From the NCBI RefSeq assembly GCF_022045235.1, contig NW_027266269.1, positions 31,558,001 through 31,622,000 of the forward strand: a DNA stretch of 64,000 nt, given 5' to 3'. The notes under the pieces were generated by a model. It was not told the origin of the DNA. It saw only the letters and a program-made list of their open reading frames with translations, and searched no databases. The stretch comes from Haliotis cracherodii (lineage: Eukaryota). The position numbers and the translations under genes were made by a program. Shown here in pieces: positions 31,004 to 43,623 of the stretch; within the stretch, counting starts at the first letter, position 1; every line of letters starts with the position of its first letter.

Positions 31004-31070
31004 GAGGCCTCCTTGCAAATAAACTTCTTCTTCTTCAACAATACCACAATGTATCTTCAGGTGGAACAGC

Positions 31071-31232
31071 GTGAGTGAGTATGGTTTTACGCCGCTTTTA
31101 GCAATATCTCAGCAATATCACGGCGGGGGACACCAGAAATGGGGCTTCACACAGTGTACCCATGTCGGTAATGAACCCGGTTCTTCGGCGTGACGAGCGA
31201 ACGCTTTAACCACTAGGCTACCCGACCGCCCC
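31071..31232 (-). mobile_element. SINE family A, full length
   Basis: Reverse complement of consensus; TSD aacagcgtgag. Confidence 0.9.
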
Positions 31233-31349
31233 TGAAACAGCGTGAGCAAATATCATGACGGACACAGATACAACCAGATTAGTGTGATGCAACACATGAT
31301 TAAATAGTGATAACTAATCAACATTGTAATCCCCGCATGCATCACCGTG

Positions 31350-31570
31350 TGCACCCGTCTGGACCCGTCTGGGCCCGTCTGGACCCGTCTGTGCCGTCTG
31401 GACCCGTCTGTGCCACCTGGACCCGTCTGGACCCGTCTGTGCCGCCTGGACCCGTCTGGACCCGTCTGGACCCGTCTGTGCCGTCTGGACCCGTCTGGAC
31501 CCGTCTGTGCCGCCTGGACCCGTCTTGACCCGTCTGTGCTGCCTGGACCCGTCTGGACCCGTCTGGACCC
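31350..31570. repeat. GC-rich 9/10-bp minisatellite (GGACCCGTCT / GTGCCGTCT)
   Basis: Direct periodicity. Confidence 0.92.
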
Positions 31571-31956
31571 CGGGGCACAATAGGCCCGAACAATCCCATG
31601 CTGGTGTCCCGATCACTGGCTTGTCTGGCACTGAGTCCATTGTGTTTTGGATGTTTGTTGTTAAACGCCGCGATGAGTAATATACCTGTTCGGAGGCTGG
31701 ACCAGACAATCCAGTGATTGACATCCTGAGCATCGATCTACATCATTGCAATTGGGACACGATGACATGATTCTCGATAGTTTCACAACCTTATTGTTTG
31801 CTGATGACATGGGCAAGGTTGCATGTAGCGTGTACAGATTATAGCAACAAAGTGATATATTAATGTACGTTTTGCAATAAGTATGGTTTGAGAGTGAACA
31901 CACGGACCACTTAGATCATGAAACTCAGAAGAAGTGGACAACTTAAAACAAATGAA

Positions 31957-32126
31957 GGGGCGGTCGGGTAGCCTAGTGGTCAAAGCGTTCGCTCGTCACG
32001 CCGAAAACCCGTGTTCGATTCCCGACATGGGTACAATGTGTGAAGCCCATTTCTGGTGTCCCCCGCCGTGATATTGCTGGAATATTGCTAAAAGCGGCGT
32101 CAAATCAAACTCACTCATTCACTCAC
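31957..32126 (+). mobile_element. SINE family A, full length
   Basis: Near-consensus copy. Confidence 0.92.
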
Positions 32127-34005
32127 TAAAACAAGTGAAACATGGAGCTATGACGGATATGTTTGAAAGTGTGTCTGAGTATAAATATCTTGTTATCTAT
32201 TCACACCTACTCTGTATTGGGGGAAAACCGAAAACTGTTTGTCACTTAAGGTTTAACGTTTATTGAGCGTAATAAGTTCAATGTAAATACGTCAATGTTC
32301 TTGTTTAAATTTGACTCAAATATTTGCACCTATTTCAATCTACGTCTCTGAAGTTTGGGGTTGTCAACATGTAACGTCCATTGAAAGGGTAAAGTTATGT
32401 TTTAGTAAACGAATTTAAAGCATTTCTAGTAATACAAGCAGTGATGCTGCAATCTGCGAAAAAGGAAGGCACCCATCATATATATTGTGTTGTGAAGTGT
32501 ATATCTTACTGGATACAATTGTTGATCCACAGTCTTACTGCATGATCTATTCCATATTCACATGGTATATCCTCTTTACTGAAGAATGAAGAAATGCATG
32601 CATGTATTATGACATGAAATATACACTTTTTGAGAAATAAATATGTCCAGAATAATTGAAGCGTTTAGAGCTAAAAGGGGCCAAAATGCACTTTGTCCCT
32701 TTTTGCATTATTATTGCATAAATAACATCTTTGAGTTCTTGTCTACAGTCCTACCTTCTTGTCTCGAAAAATATTGTATGATTTCATTCATGTGTTTTTG
32801 AAATATAGCTACTCAAAATTCTAAAAAAGGGCCAAAGTCAAGTTTTTCAAAAGGGCTAGAGTCACTTTGTTAAATTTTGGCCCTTATAGATCTCATTTCT
32901 GTGTGTGGTTAAGACTGGTTGTCTGAGAGATATTTTGAAAGTTTGGAGCCTTACTATCATATTTCAACTATTTCAACAAAGTTGGCATTAGTTTAAATCA
33001 TTTAAAAGTACTTCAATAGCATGTGTTTGTACTTTTAGTAGTAGTTTGGTCTCACATGGTAAATCTCATGCAAATGCCTGAGGGTCAAAAAGGGCCAAAA
33101 TACAGACACTGGCCCTTTCCACCCTCACAAAAATTAATAACGTAAGTTTTGTTTTGATTTTAATGTTTTTTTATAACAACATTTATTTCTCTGCTGTCAG
33201 AATGCGTTAATGTCTAGGAATTTATCGGTGAAAAAAAGTTCATTAAAATGCATAATGTTATGTGTTTTCATCAGTTTTCTCAAAACAGACTCCACATGAC
33301 ATTAGCCCTTATGGCTCTAGGCTCTTCAATTATAATTGGCATGCACTAAAATGGAATTCTGTGAAAAACATTTTAATACACCTGGTAGCAATGAAATATG
33401 TTGTAAACTATAGCTTGAACGAACTCAAAGGGACTACTAATTTAGGTCGATGAAACGGTAATTTGTTATAAGCATATACACAACATCTGTACGCAAATGG
33501 CCGGGACCAAAAAATAAGTTCGTAATATTCGTCAGTTCGTTATAAGCGTGTTCGTTATAAGCATAGTGTACTGTATTTATAAATTCAATCTTCTGCAATC
33601 CTTTAGAAGTAAGTGCCTATGTGCAAACCCTATTGCGTATCAAGCATCTATCGCATATACATGAAAACAAAATGCAGTTGAATCTAGATTGAAACACGAC
33701 ATTAAAATGACAACGTCATAAACAAATATACTACCCGAGGCCATGTTGGGCAGAGAAAGGACAACAGTGTTACCTCCCGGTTGAAGTAATTCGTGACATG
33801 GAAATTAGATAACAGTGATTGGCAGGTCGATATATCAATTGTCCAGTCAGTTCAGCAAGAAACGAAGGACAACGGTTCACTGATGGTCCATGGCCACCAC
33901 AGACTTTGCCTGTCCTGTTCATTGACATCAATCAACTCCTTCATGACAATATAAGATCTGTGATAAACCCGTCTACGTTTTGAGTGACAAGTAACAGTCT
34001 GCTTC

Positions 34006-34015
34006 GTCACGTGAC
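34006..34015. promoter_or_regulatory. Palindromic extended E-box GTCACGTGAC about 100 nt upstream of the gene 2 ATG
   Basis: Matches the USF/MiT-TFE (CLEAR-like) consensus; it is also directly followed by AG, so it could instead be part of a 5'-UTR splice acceptor. Confidence 0.25.
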
Positions 34016-34113
34016 AGGTGGAAGGAACGCTGTGTCCGAAGTGGTGTATGGCACACGACGAACTGAAGGACAATATTTGGACTGGACACCCTTCCTTTCT
34101 GGACACGAGGACC

Positions 34114-34135
34114 ATGGTTAAAATCGTCATATGGG
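34114..34135 (+). CDS. Gene 2 first coding exon MVKIVIW
   Basis: accATGG start, G|GTAGGT donor; joins the 40961 and 42220 exons to form a signal peptide; an in-frame upstream ATG exists at 34048. Confidence 0.7.
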
Positions 34136-37100
34136 GTAGGTCAATTCGGTTTGGTAGAACATCGCGTAACATGACGGCAATTAATACTGAAGGTCTTATC
34201 ACCGCCATCTTAAATGAACATACAGTGTATATCTATATGTTTTGAAGTAGTCCAATGTCGAAGTATCAATAGGCAGTTTTTATACATGTCTAATTAATGT
34301 AAAATCAAAAAGATGAACTTGGACAGTATAGAAAATTAACTACATCATGTTAAAGAGTATTTCGTATGTAGGGACTATAAATAAGAGGTCATATTATACA
34401 CTAATGTAGATCTATTCCAATTGCTTGAGTACTTTTTTGTATTTTTTAACGATAGGATTCTGGTTCATTTATTTTTTCATGTTGTCTGGTGATATAATGA
34501 AAGAGACATCTCAAAGACCTGGAATGTGGTCATGTTTCCGACTATTAGTTAATGTCATTCTGAAGGGTCTCGAGCACCGTAACGTGACGTTACCATTTAT
34601 TACATGTCATGTCCCACCATCCATCATAAAACATGTCATCCTTCACTATGGTTATAGCGAAGTCCAACATCTCTCATACCACCTGGCTATAAACCAAAAG
34701 TTTCTGGGAACAAGGGAAACTCAGGACACAGGATATTTGATGGATAACAACTTCTTTATTGTTTGTAACGCCGTTTCAGAGCTATTTCTTGCCTTCCATG
34801 AGGTAAATACTGACTAAGCACATAAAGTTAATGTAATTATATATATCATGATATGATTCGGTCCTTTTGACCATTTCGTTCATATATATTTTTAAACTGA
34901 TAGAGACGATGAAGTAGCCAAGTGGTCGAAGCTTTCGTTCGTCAGGCCCGTGTTAGATTTCAGACCTGGGTGCAATGTGTCAAGCCCATTTCCGGCGTCA
35001 TTGGTACTGCTGGAACATTACGAAAAGCGGCGCAAAACAACACTCACTCACATAATTCAATTCGGTCCAGTGAAGCCACGCTAGTCAGTAGAGCCCACAT
35101 TCTGTGCCATTAGATCTTTGGACGTCTATATACATAATTAACATGATCATGATTTGGGATTAGTGAGTGAGTAAGTTGGGGTTTAACGCCGCATTTAACA
35201 ATATTCCTGTTACATCAAGCCGTGTCAGCTTATCATGAGCTTATTGTGGCACAGGTCTTAGACGTTTACCACTTTTGTGAAACCCACGAGCACGGGTATA
35301 GTGCTCACAAGCCTAGAAACCTAATCGGGCGAACCGGGATTCGAACCCCAAATCATATGATTTGATATGCAAAGCAAATTGCGGAGCCTGGATGACTGGT
35401 TATTCTGTTGCATTAACAAAGATAAACAAAATAGGCAAGGATAAACAAAAATGGCAAAGATAAACAAAAGTAAAATGAAGAGAAAAACGTGGCTGAAATG
35501 CCATAGTCAAAATATGTCAAATGTGCTGTAATCATTACACTACAAAACATATGAGAGTACGTCACGACAACAGAGGAGGCAATGAGTGTGAGACAGTCCT
35601 GTTTTTGCCGGCTTGAAACTATTGCCTGCAGTGTATGGTTGGATGTTGCATATCTGGCACGCCACTTGACAGAAGGCGGACAGTATTCGGCTCCTTAAAA
35701 TACGGACGTCATAGCCGACTATGCTTTGTTCGTGTTCCAAACTTGCTCGTGTTCCGCTCGTAATAAATACACGGAAGAGCCTGATAAATTCGCAATTCCA
35801 TGGAGGCAATAATGTGAATATACAAGTTATAACACTAATGAACAAACTGAACAATAAGTACATCATTTCGTGAAGGTTTAATGTACAGTGATATACGTTT
35901 ATAACGAACACGCTTATAACTGACGTGTATTACGAACCTAATTTCTGGTTCCTGCCATTTGCTGTAAAGAGGTTGTATATTATAACGAACTACGGTTATA
36001 ACGAACTAAAATTCGGGGTTTAACAGTTTATACATTCGGGGTTTAATGTATCTGTAATTGTGTTAAGTGTCGCAAAAATGGAAAATCAATTGAACTACAA
36101 TGACAGCGACAAAGGATGGCAAGTGACACAATACATTCCACGCTCCATGACAACAGCTCTCTGTACTCAAACCACTGGTAATCACGTCCTGTGTTTTCAC
36201 ATTACACATACGCTGTCAACTTCACGACACCATCGCCGTAATGTCAGTTATATCGTGTGTACACATGTTGTTATAGAATGTATGAACCACAAACATAGGA
36301 CCTTGTTTATCATACTATTAGTTAAATCACTACCATAGGACAATCACATTATGGCCTTGTTTCCTTTAGTTTTATGATGTATACACTACCACCGTGGTGT
36401 ATTTTATAGTTCTACAAGGTATAACCCAGCACCTTAGAACCCTGTTTATTATAGTTCTACAATGTATACAGCACCACCACAGAACTGTGTTTATAATAGT
36501 TCTACAATGTATGCAGCACCACCATAGAACCATGTTTATTACAGTTCTACAATGTAAAAAGTACCACCATAGAACCATGTTTATTATAGTTCTACAATGT
36601 ATACAACACCACCATAGAACCATGTTTATTATAGTCCTACAATGTATACAGCACCACCAAAGGGGCTTGTCTATTATCATTGTACAGAGTATAAACCAAA
36701 AAACATAGGACCTTGTTTTTAATAGCTCTCGATGTATAAACAACCCACATAGGACCTTGTTTATAATAGTTCTCGATGTGTAAAAAAACCTACATAGGAC
36801 CGTCTTTATTATATTTATCGATGTGTAAAAAACCTACATAGCACCTTCTTTATTATAGTTCTCGATGTGTAAAAAACCTACATAGGACCACCAACATAGG
36901 GCCCTGTTTACAGTAGAGAAACAACAACTATAAGACAGTGTTTATTAAACAACAACTAGATATACTTGCGCTTCTCAATTCTGTTAATGTGTAAAAATCC
37001 AACTTTGATATAAAGGTACACAATTCTACAAATCAAAGTTGGGACCGAGTCCAAGGTTCCAGATAGCTCACTGCATTTTGTCTCGAATTCGAGATACGCG

Positions 37101-40100
37101 GGTACATTAACATTTATCTACATAGTGAGGTTTTCGGGACAGGAAAATAGTTTAGAAATATCAATACTTTCGAGATAACATTGTTCGAGATAACAAGGTT
37201 TGACTGCAGTTTCAACAATGTATATTCCAGCAATACAGGATTACGTGTACAAGTATCTTACTTGTACAATGTATAAACAGTTGTTTGATAGTTTGTTGTT
37301 AAACGCCTAATTTAGAAACATTTTCCTATATGGCGGTCGTATGTAGAACCTTCTTTATTCCAGTTGGATAATAATAGGTCCTTGTTTATCATAGTTGTAG
37401 AATTCTTAAAGAGACACAATAGGTCATTGTTTGTTATAGTTATAAAATGCATAAACCACCTCAATATGAACCTGTTTATGACAGTTGTAGAATGCATAAA
37501 CCACCTCAATATGAACCTGTTTATGACAGTTGTAGAATGCATAAACCATCTCAATATGAACCTGTTTATGACAGTTGTAGAATGCATAAACCACCTCAAT
37601 ATGAACTTGTTTATGACAGTTGTAGAATGCATCAACCACCTTAATATCAACTTCTTTATGACAGTCGTAGAATGCATAAACCACCTCAATATGAACTTGT
37701 TTATGATAGTTGTAGAATGCATGAACCACCTCAATATGAACCTGTTTATGATAGTTGTAGAATGCATAAACCACCTCAATATGAAACTGTTTGTAACAGC
37801 TGTAGAATGCATAAACCACCTCAACATGAACTTGTTTATGACAGTTGTAGAATGCATAAACAACGTCAATATGAACCTGTTTGAAACAGCTGTAGAAAGC
37901 ATCAACCACCTCAATATGAACCTGTTTATGACAGTTGTAGAATGCATAAACGACCTCAATATCAACTTGTTTATGACAGTTGTAGAATGCAAAAACCTCC
38001 TTAAAATACACCCGTTTCTGACAGTTGTAGAATGCATAAACCATCCCAATATCAACTTCTTTATGACAGTTGTAGAATGCATAAACAACTTCAATATGAA
38101 CCTGTTAATGACAGTTGTAGAATGCATAAACCACCTCAATATGAACTTGTTTATGACAGTTGTAGAATGCACAAACCACCTCAATATGAACCACTTTATT
38201 GTTCGTGTAGTATGCAAAAACCACCACTATAGGTCCTAATTTATTATTATTGTACCATACATAAACCACCACAATAGGACCGTGTCTTGAACCATGCATA
38301 AACCACCAGTATAGGCCTTTGTTTATGATAGTTGTAGAATCCATAAACCACCACAATAGGGCCTTGTTTATTATTCTTGTAGTATGCATAAACCTACACA
38401 ATAGGGCCTTGTTTTTTATTCTTGTACCATGCATAAACCACCACAATAGGCTCTTGTTTATATTTCTTGTACCATGCATAAACCAGCACAATAGGTCCTT
38501 GTTATTTTTCTTGTACCATCCATAAACCACCACAACAGGTCCTTGTGTATTATTCTTGTAAGAGGCGGTCGGGTAGCCTAGTGGTTAAAGCGTTCGCTCG
38601 TCACGCCGAACACCTGGGTTCGATTCCCGACATGGGTACAATGTGTGAAGCCCATTTCTGGTGTCCCCCGCCATGATATTGCTGGAATATTGCTAAAAGC
38701 GGCGTAAAATCAAACTCACTCACTCACTATTATTCTTGTACTATGCATAAACCACCACAATAGGTCCTTTTTTTATTATTCTTGTAGTATGCATAAACCA
38801 CCACAATAGGGCCTTGTTTATTATTATTCTAGTATGCATGAACCACCACAATAGGACCCTGTTTATTTTTCTTAAACCGTGCATAAACCGCCACAATAGG
38901 CCTTTGTTTATTATTCTTGTAGAATGCATAAACCACAACAATAGGACCTTGTTTATTATTTTTGTAGTATGCATAAACCACCACAATAGGCCTTTGTTTA
39001 TTATTCTTGTACCATGCATTAACCTTCACAATAGGGCCTGGTATATTTTTCTTGTAGTATGCTTGAACCACCACAATAGGGGCTTGTTTATTATTCTTGA
39101 ACGCTGCATAAACCAACACTATAGGCCTTTGTTTATTATTCTTGTACCATGCATAAACCACCACAATAGGCCTTTGTTTATTATTTTTGAAGTATGCATA
39201 AACCACCACAATAGGGCCTTCTTTATTATTCTTGTACCATGCATAAACCACCACAATAGGCCCTTGTTTATTATTCTTGTAGTATGCATAAACCACCTCA
39301 ATAGGACCTTGTTTATTATTCTTATAGTATGCATAAACCACCACAATAGGCCCTTATTTATTATTCTTGTAGTATGCATAAACCACCTCAATAGGACCTT
39401 GTTTATTATTCTTATAGTATGCATAAACCACCACTATATGCCTTAGTTTATTATTCTTGCAGTATGCATAAACCACCACTATAGGTCATTGTTTATTATT
39501 CTTGTAGTATGCATAAACCAACACAATAGGACCTTGTTTATTATTCTTGTAGTATGCATAAACCAACACAATAGGACACCTTTTATTATTCTTGTACCAT
39601 GCATCAACCACCACAATAGGTCATTGTTTATTATTCTTGTAGTATGCATAACCCACCACAATAGGACCCTGTTTATTATTCTTGTAGTATGCACCACAAA
39701 AGGACCCTGTTTATTATTCTTGTAGTATGCATAAACCACCAAAATAGGTCATTGTTTATTATTCTTGTAGTATGCATAAACCACCACAATAGGACCCTGT
39801 TTATTATTCTTGTAGTATGGATAAACCACAACAATAGATCCTTGATTATTATTCGTGTAGAATGCATAAACCACCACAATAGGACCTTGATTATTATTCT
39901 TGTAGTATGCATAAACCACCACTATATGCCTTTGTTTATTATTTTTGTACCATGAATAAACCACTACAATAGGGCCTTGTTTATTATTCTTGTAGTATGC
40001 ATAAACCACCGCAATAAGACCTTGTTGATTATTCTTGAAGTATGCATAAACCACCACAATAGGACCTTGTTGATTATTCTTGAAGTATGCATAAACCACC

Positions 40101-43100
40101 AAAATAGGGCCTTGTTTATTATTCTTGTAGAATGCTTAAACCACCACAATAGGCCTTTGTTTATTATTCTTGTAGTATGCATAAACCACCACAATAGGAC
40201 CCTGTTTATTATTCTTGTACCATGCATAAACCACCACTATGGGCCTTTGTTTATTATTCTAGTAGTATGCATAAACCACCACAATAGGACCCTGTTTATT
40301 ATTTTTGTAGTAAGCATAAACCACCACAATAGGTCCTTGTTTGTTATTCTTGTAGTATGCATAAACCACCACAATAGGATCTTGTTGAATAATCTTTGAG
40401 TATACATAAACCACCACAATAGGACCCTGTTTACTATTCTTGTAGTATGCATAAACCACCAAAATGGACCTTGTTTATGATAGTTGTAGAATGCATAAAC
40501 CGATACTACATGAATTTGTTTATGATAGTTGTAGAATGCATAAACCACCACAATAGGACCTTGTTTATTATTCTTGTAGTATGCATAAACCACCACAATA
40601 GGATCTTGTTGATTAATCTTGAAGTATGCATAAATCATCACTATATGCCTTTGTTTATTATTCTTGTACCATGCATAAACCACAACAATAGGACCCTGCT
40701 TACTATTCTTGTAGTATGCATAAACCACCAAAATAGAATCTTGTTTATAATAGTTGTAGAATGCATAAACCGATACCACATGAATTTGTTTATGATAGTT
40801 GTAGAATGCATAAACCTCCACAATGGGCCCTTGTTTATAATTCTTGTACCATGCATAAACCGACAGAGCATGAACGTGTTTATTATAGTTTTACAATGTA
40901 TAAACCTCCCCCACATAATCCTGTTTATTATTTATTCATTTTTCCTTTCCTTGTTTTCAGCTCTGGTGTCGACATGTTTGACAGGTAGATATGAAACATA
41001 TTGTCTTTGTGATTGAAGGTTACTAATAGCTTAGACTGTGTTTTATCACTTTGAACTGCGATTCATTGATTGTGCATGTGCCAAAGATTTAACTGAACTA
41101 AACTACCGGGCAACAGAAAGTATGCACCATGTTTGACGGTGGCTAATTAACCTGAAACAAACAAGAAATGGTTATCTGATGGTGATGTATGAGATGTGTA
41201 TCACTGTGGTTTGGGACTTTCGACGACTGTTTTCAGCCTAGTAACTTTTTTGTAACGTTTGTAAAGTTTTGATCAAATTCAATTTCCATGACTATGCTTT
41301 CTTTTGCCTGGCTGTGTATATAGCTTGAACGCGTTAATGTAAGTCTTTGCCGTATTACCTATAAAAAATGATAAATTGAAACGTTGTGTGAATAAGATGC
41401 GTTATTATCTTCAGCGTCGAACACGAGACAATTAAAACAAAATTATACAAAATTACACAATTTCCTAGCTTTTATTGTATGCTACACGTGTAACGATAGA
41501 AATACTCAAACATTATAACACAACACATTATTTTTAAACATGTTTTGGGGAGAATTATGAGGACCCGAGGAGATGTTATTCTAAATACATTCAAGCACGA
41601 AAAAACTCAACAAGACTGTATGGCCAGAGGGCTGACTTCAACTATCCAACAGTCAACTTTCTCTTTATGTTGAATATCATTCCAGCAGCACTTGGGTGTC
41701 TGCATTACACAACTTATGAAGCACAGTCGAAGATTTCAAAGGACGCCTTACGACTCAAACGTTGTTTGATCTGGGTTACAACATTCAAACGTTTTATAGT
41801 CGATATGAGGAGGTCATTCCTGATTTGAAGCATCAGTAATAAAACTATTATTATAATCATAAGAAATATATGCTACAATCAGACCCCACTGTACAATTCC
41901 GACTTTATCATGAGCATGTACATTTGAATCACTACACAATAGTGATGATAGCAGGTTATAGTGATGATCTAGGGGAACATGTCCTGCACCACCAGGGACG
42001 CTGGTCACAAACGCATGCAGAGGCAAGTCAATTTTTCACCGGAAAAAAACACAGGAACGTATAGTACAAGACAAACGTGGGAATGGCATCAGATATCGAA
42101 ATGTCCTCTACATGTTTGTAATACACTTTTTGACGCTCTTTGAAATCTTTGGGGAACGAGCATGATTGAATTTACCCGAAGAGTTATGAAATATATTCTT
42201 GCTGTCTCTGTTGTTGCAGGTCTGGTGGAAGCTCAGGGAGGCTGTAAGTATAATCATCAGATGAAATCAGGATGCTCAAATAGAAGCTTTATACCACTCA
42301 ACTTTGGAAAGACAAATTATATATTTCCCATAATATCAAAAAATATGTCAAGTGTATATTTATGCAAAAATCATATGACTTATCTCATTACCCCTATCAA
42401 AATGTTAGTTTTAAATATCTAAATGAAATAATGCAAGGTCGTCATGTCACAAAACTAATAAAGGCAGTTGATGACAGAAACGTACTTATATCAAACCTTA
42501 AAATGCTTATTTAATGATAATAGATTTGTAGCTGTGTAACTATTTCTAAGCGGCAACAAAACAGACGCGATGAAAACATTTTGTACAAAAAAGTAAGAAT
42601 ATTGTAAATGTTGAATGGGTACTCACCCTGCTTTTTCTGATATTAAATTAATTGTGTTTTCTTTCATACAAGCGCCGACTATTTTAATTTTCATGAGGCA
42701 GCTTTTGAAATATATTATGGGTCATTTACAAACAAATAGATACCATACATGAAAGGGACAAGGTCCTAAAATACAGGAGATGCAAATCCAGATGATGTGG
42801 AGTCAGTAAATAGAAAGTAATGCCAAGAACAGTTCAAAGAATGAAGAAAACAATGACAACGTGAAAATACAATGTCTGTTTTGATTTAGTAAATAAAGCT
42901 GTAATGGCATCTCCAACACAGCCGACCTCGATCACCAACCACAGTGTAAGGTTCTCGTGAGCTATATTTACAACTCAAACGTCGGGGATGAAACATGAAA
43001 CTGCCCTTTCTGCCCGACAAGAAAAGCCTTCTGATACATAGCTTCATGCCTACCACCATCCAAAGGACTAACATCCCCCTTCAAGTAGCTTCAGGGGTGT

Positions 43101-43582
43101 TATATATTCATAACATGTCCTTCGTGTATATTTAAGATGATCCGTACCTATATATAAGAGGGGCGTTTTGACACACAGAGTTCTGTTTATGTGTTTACGC
43201 TTCTTCTCTATACCGTAATAGCGAGGACAATATTAAACACGTGAGGAAGAACTGCGTGTTTCATTGATACATGGTCGTCACTATATGGCTGAAATACTGA
43301 CGATGTGACGTTAAGTTTTGACTCACTCCCACGTTATTGCTAAAAAATTAAAAGAATATTTTCTTGTTTTTTTGTAAATGTGAAATACCAGGGAACAACA
43401 TTACCTTATTACAAACGTAAAAGCAATTCACACTTAATTTACGGTGTGTGATTAAAGTTTTGAAAGGAATGTAATACAACTTTTTATGGATCTGGAGCTT
43501 TTACTTTCCTTAAGTTTATCTTAATATATATATATATATATATTACTACATGTATCTATCTCTCTCTCGTTCACTTTCTCTC

Positions 43583-43623
<41 letters not shown>

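Noticed and set aside
37312-41016. Many 100-300 aa ORFs
   Set aside because: Products of the 42-bp satellite, interrupted by indels and a SINE.
41970-42030. Possible exon TCPAPPGTLVTNACR with a GC donor
   Set aside because: No pyrimidine tract or phase-compatible acceptor, and it would interrupt the signal peptide.
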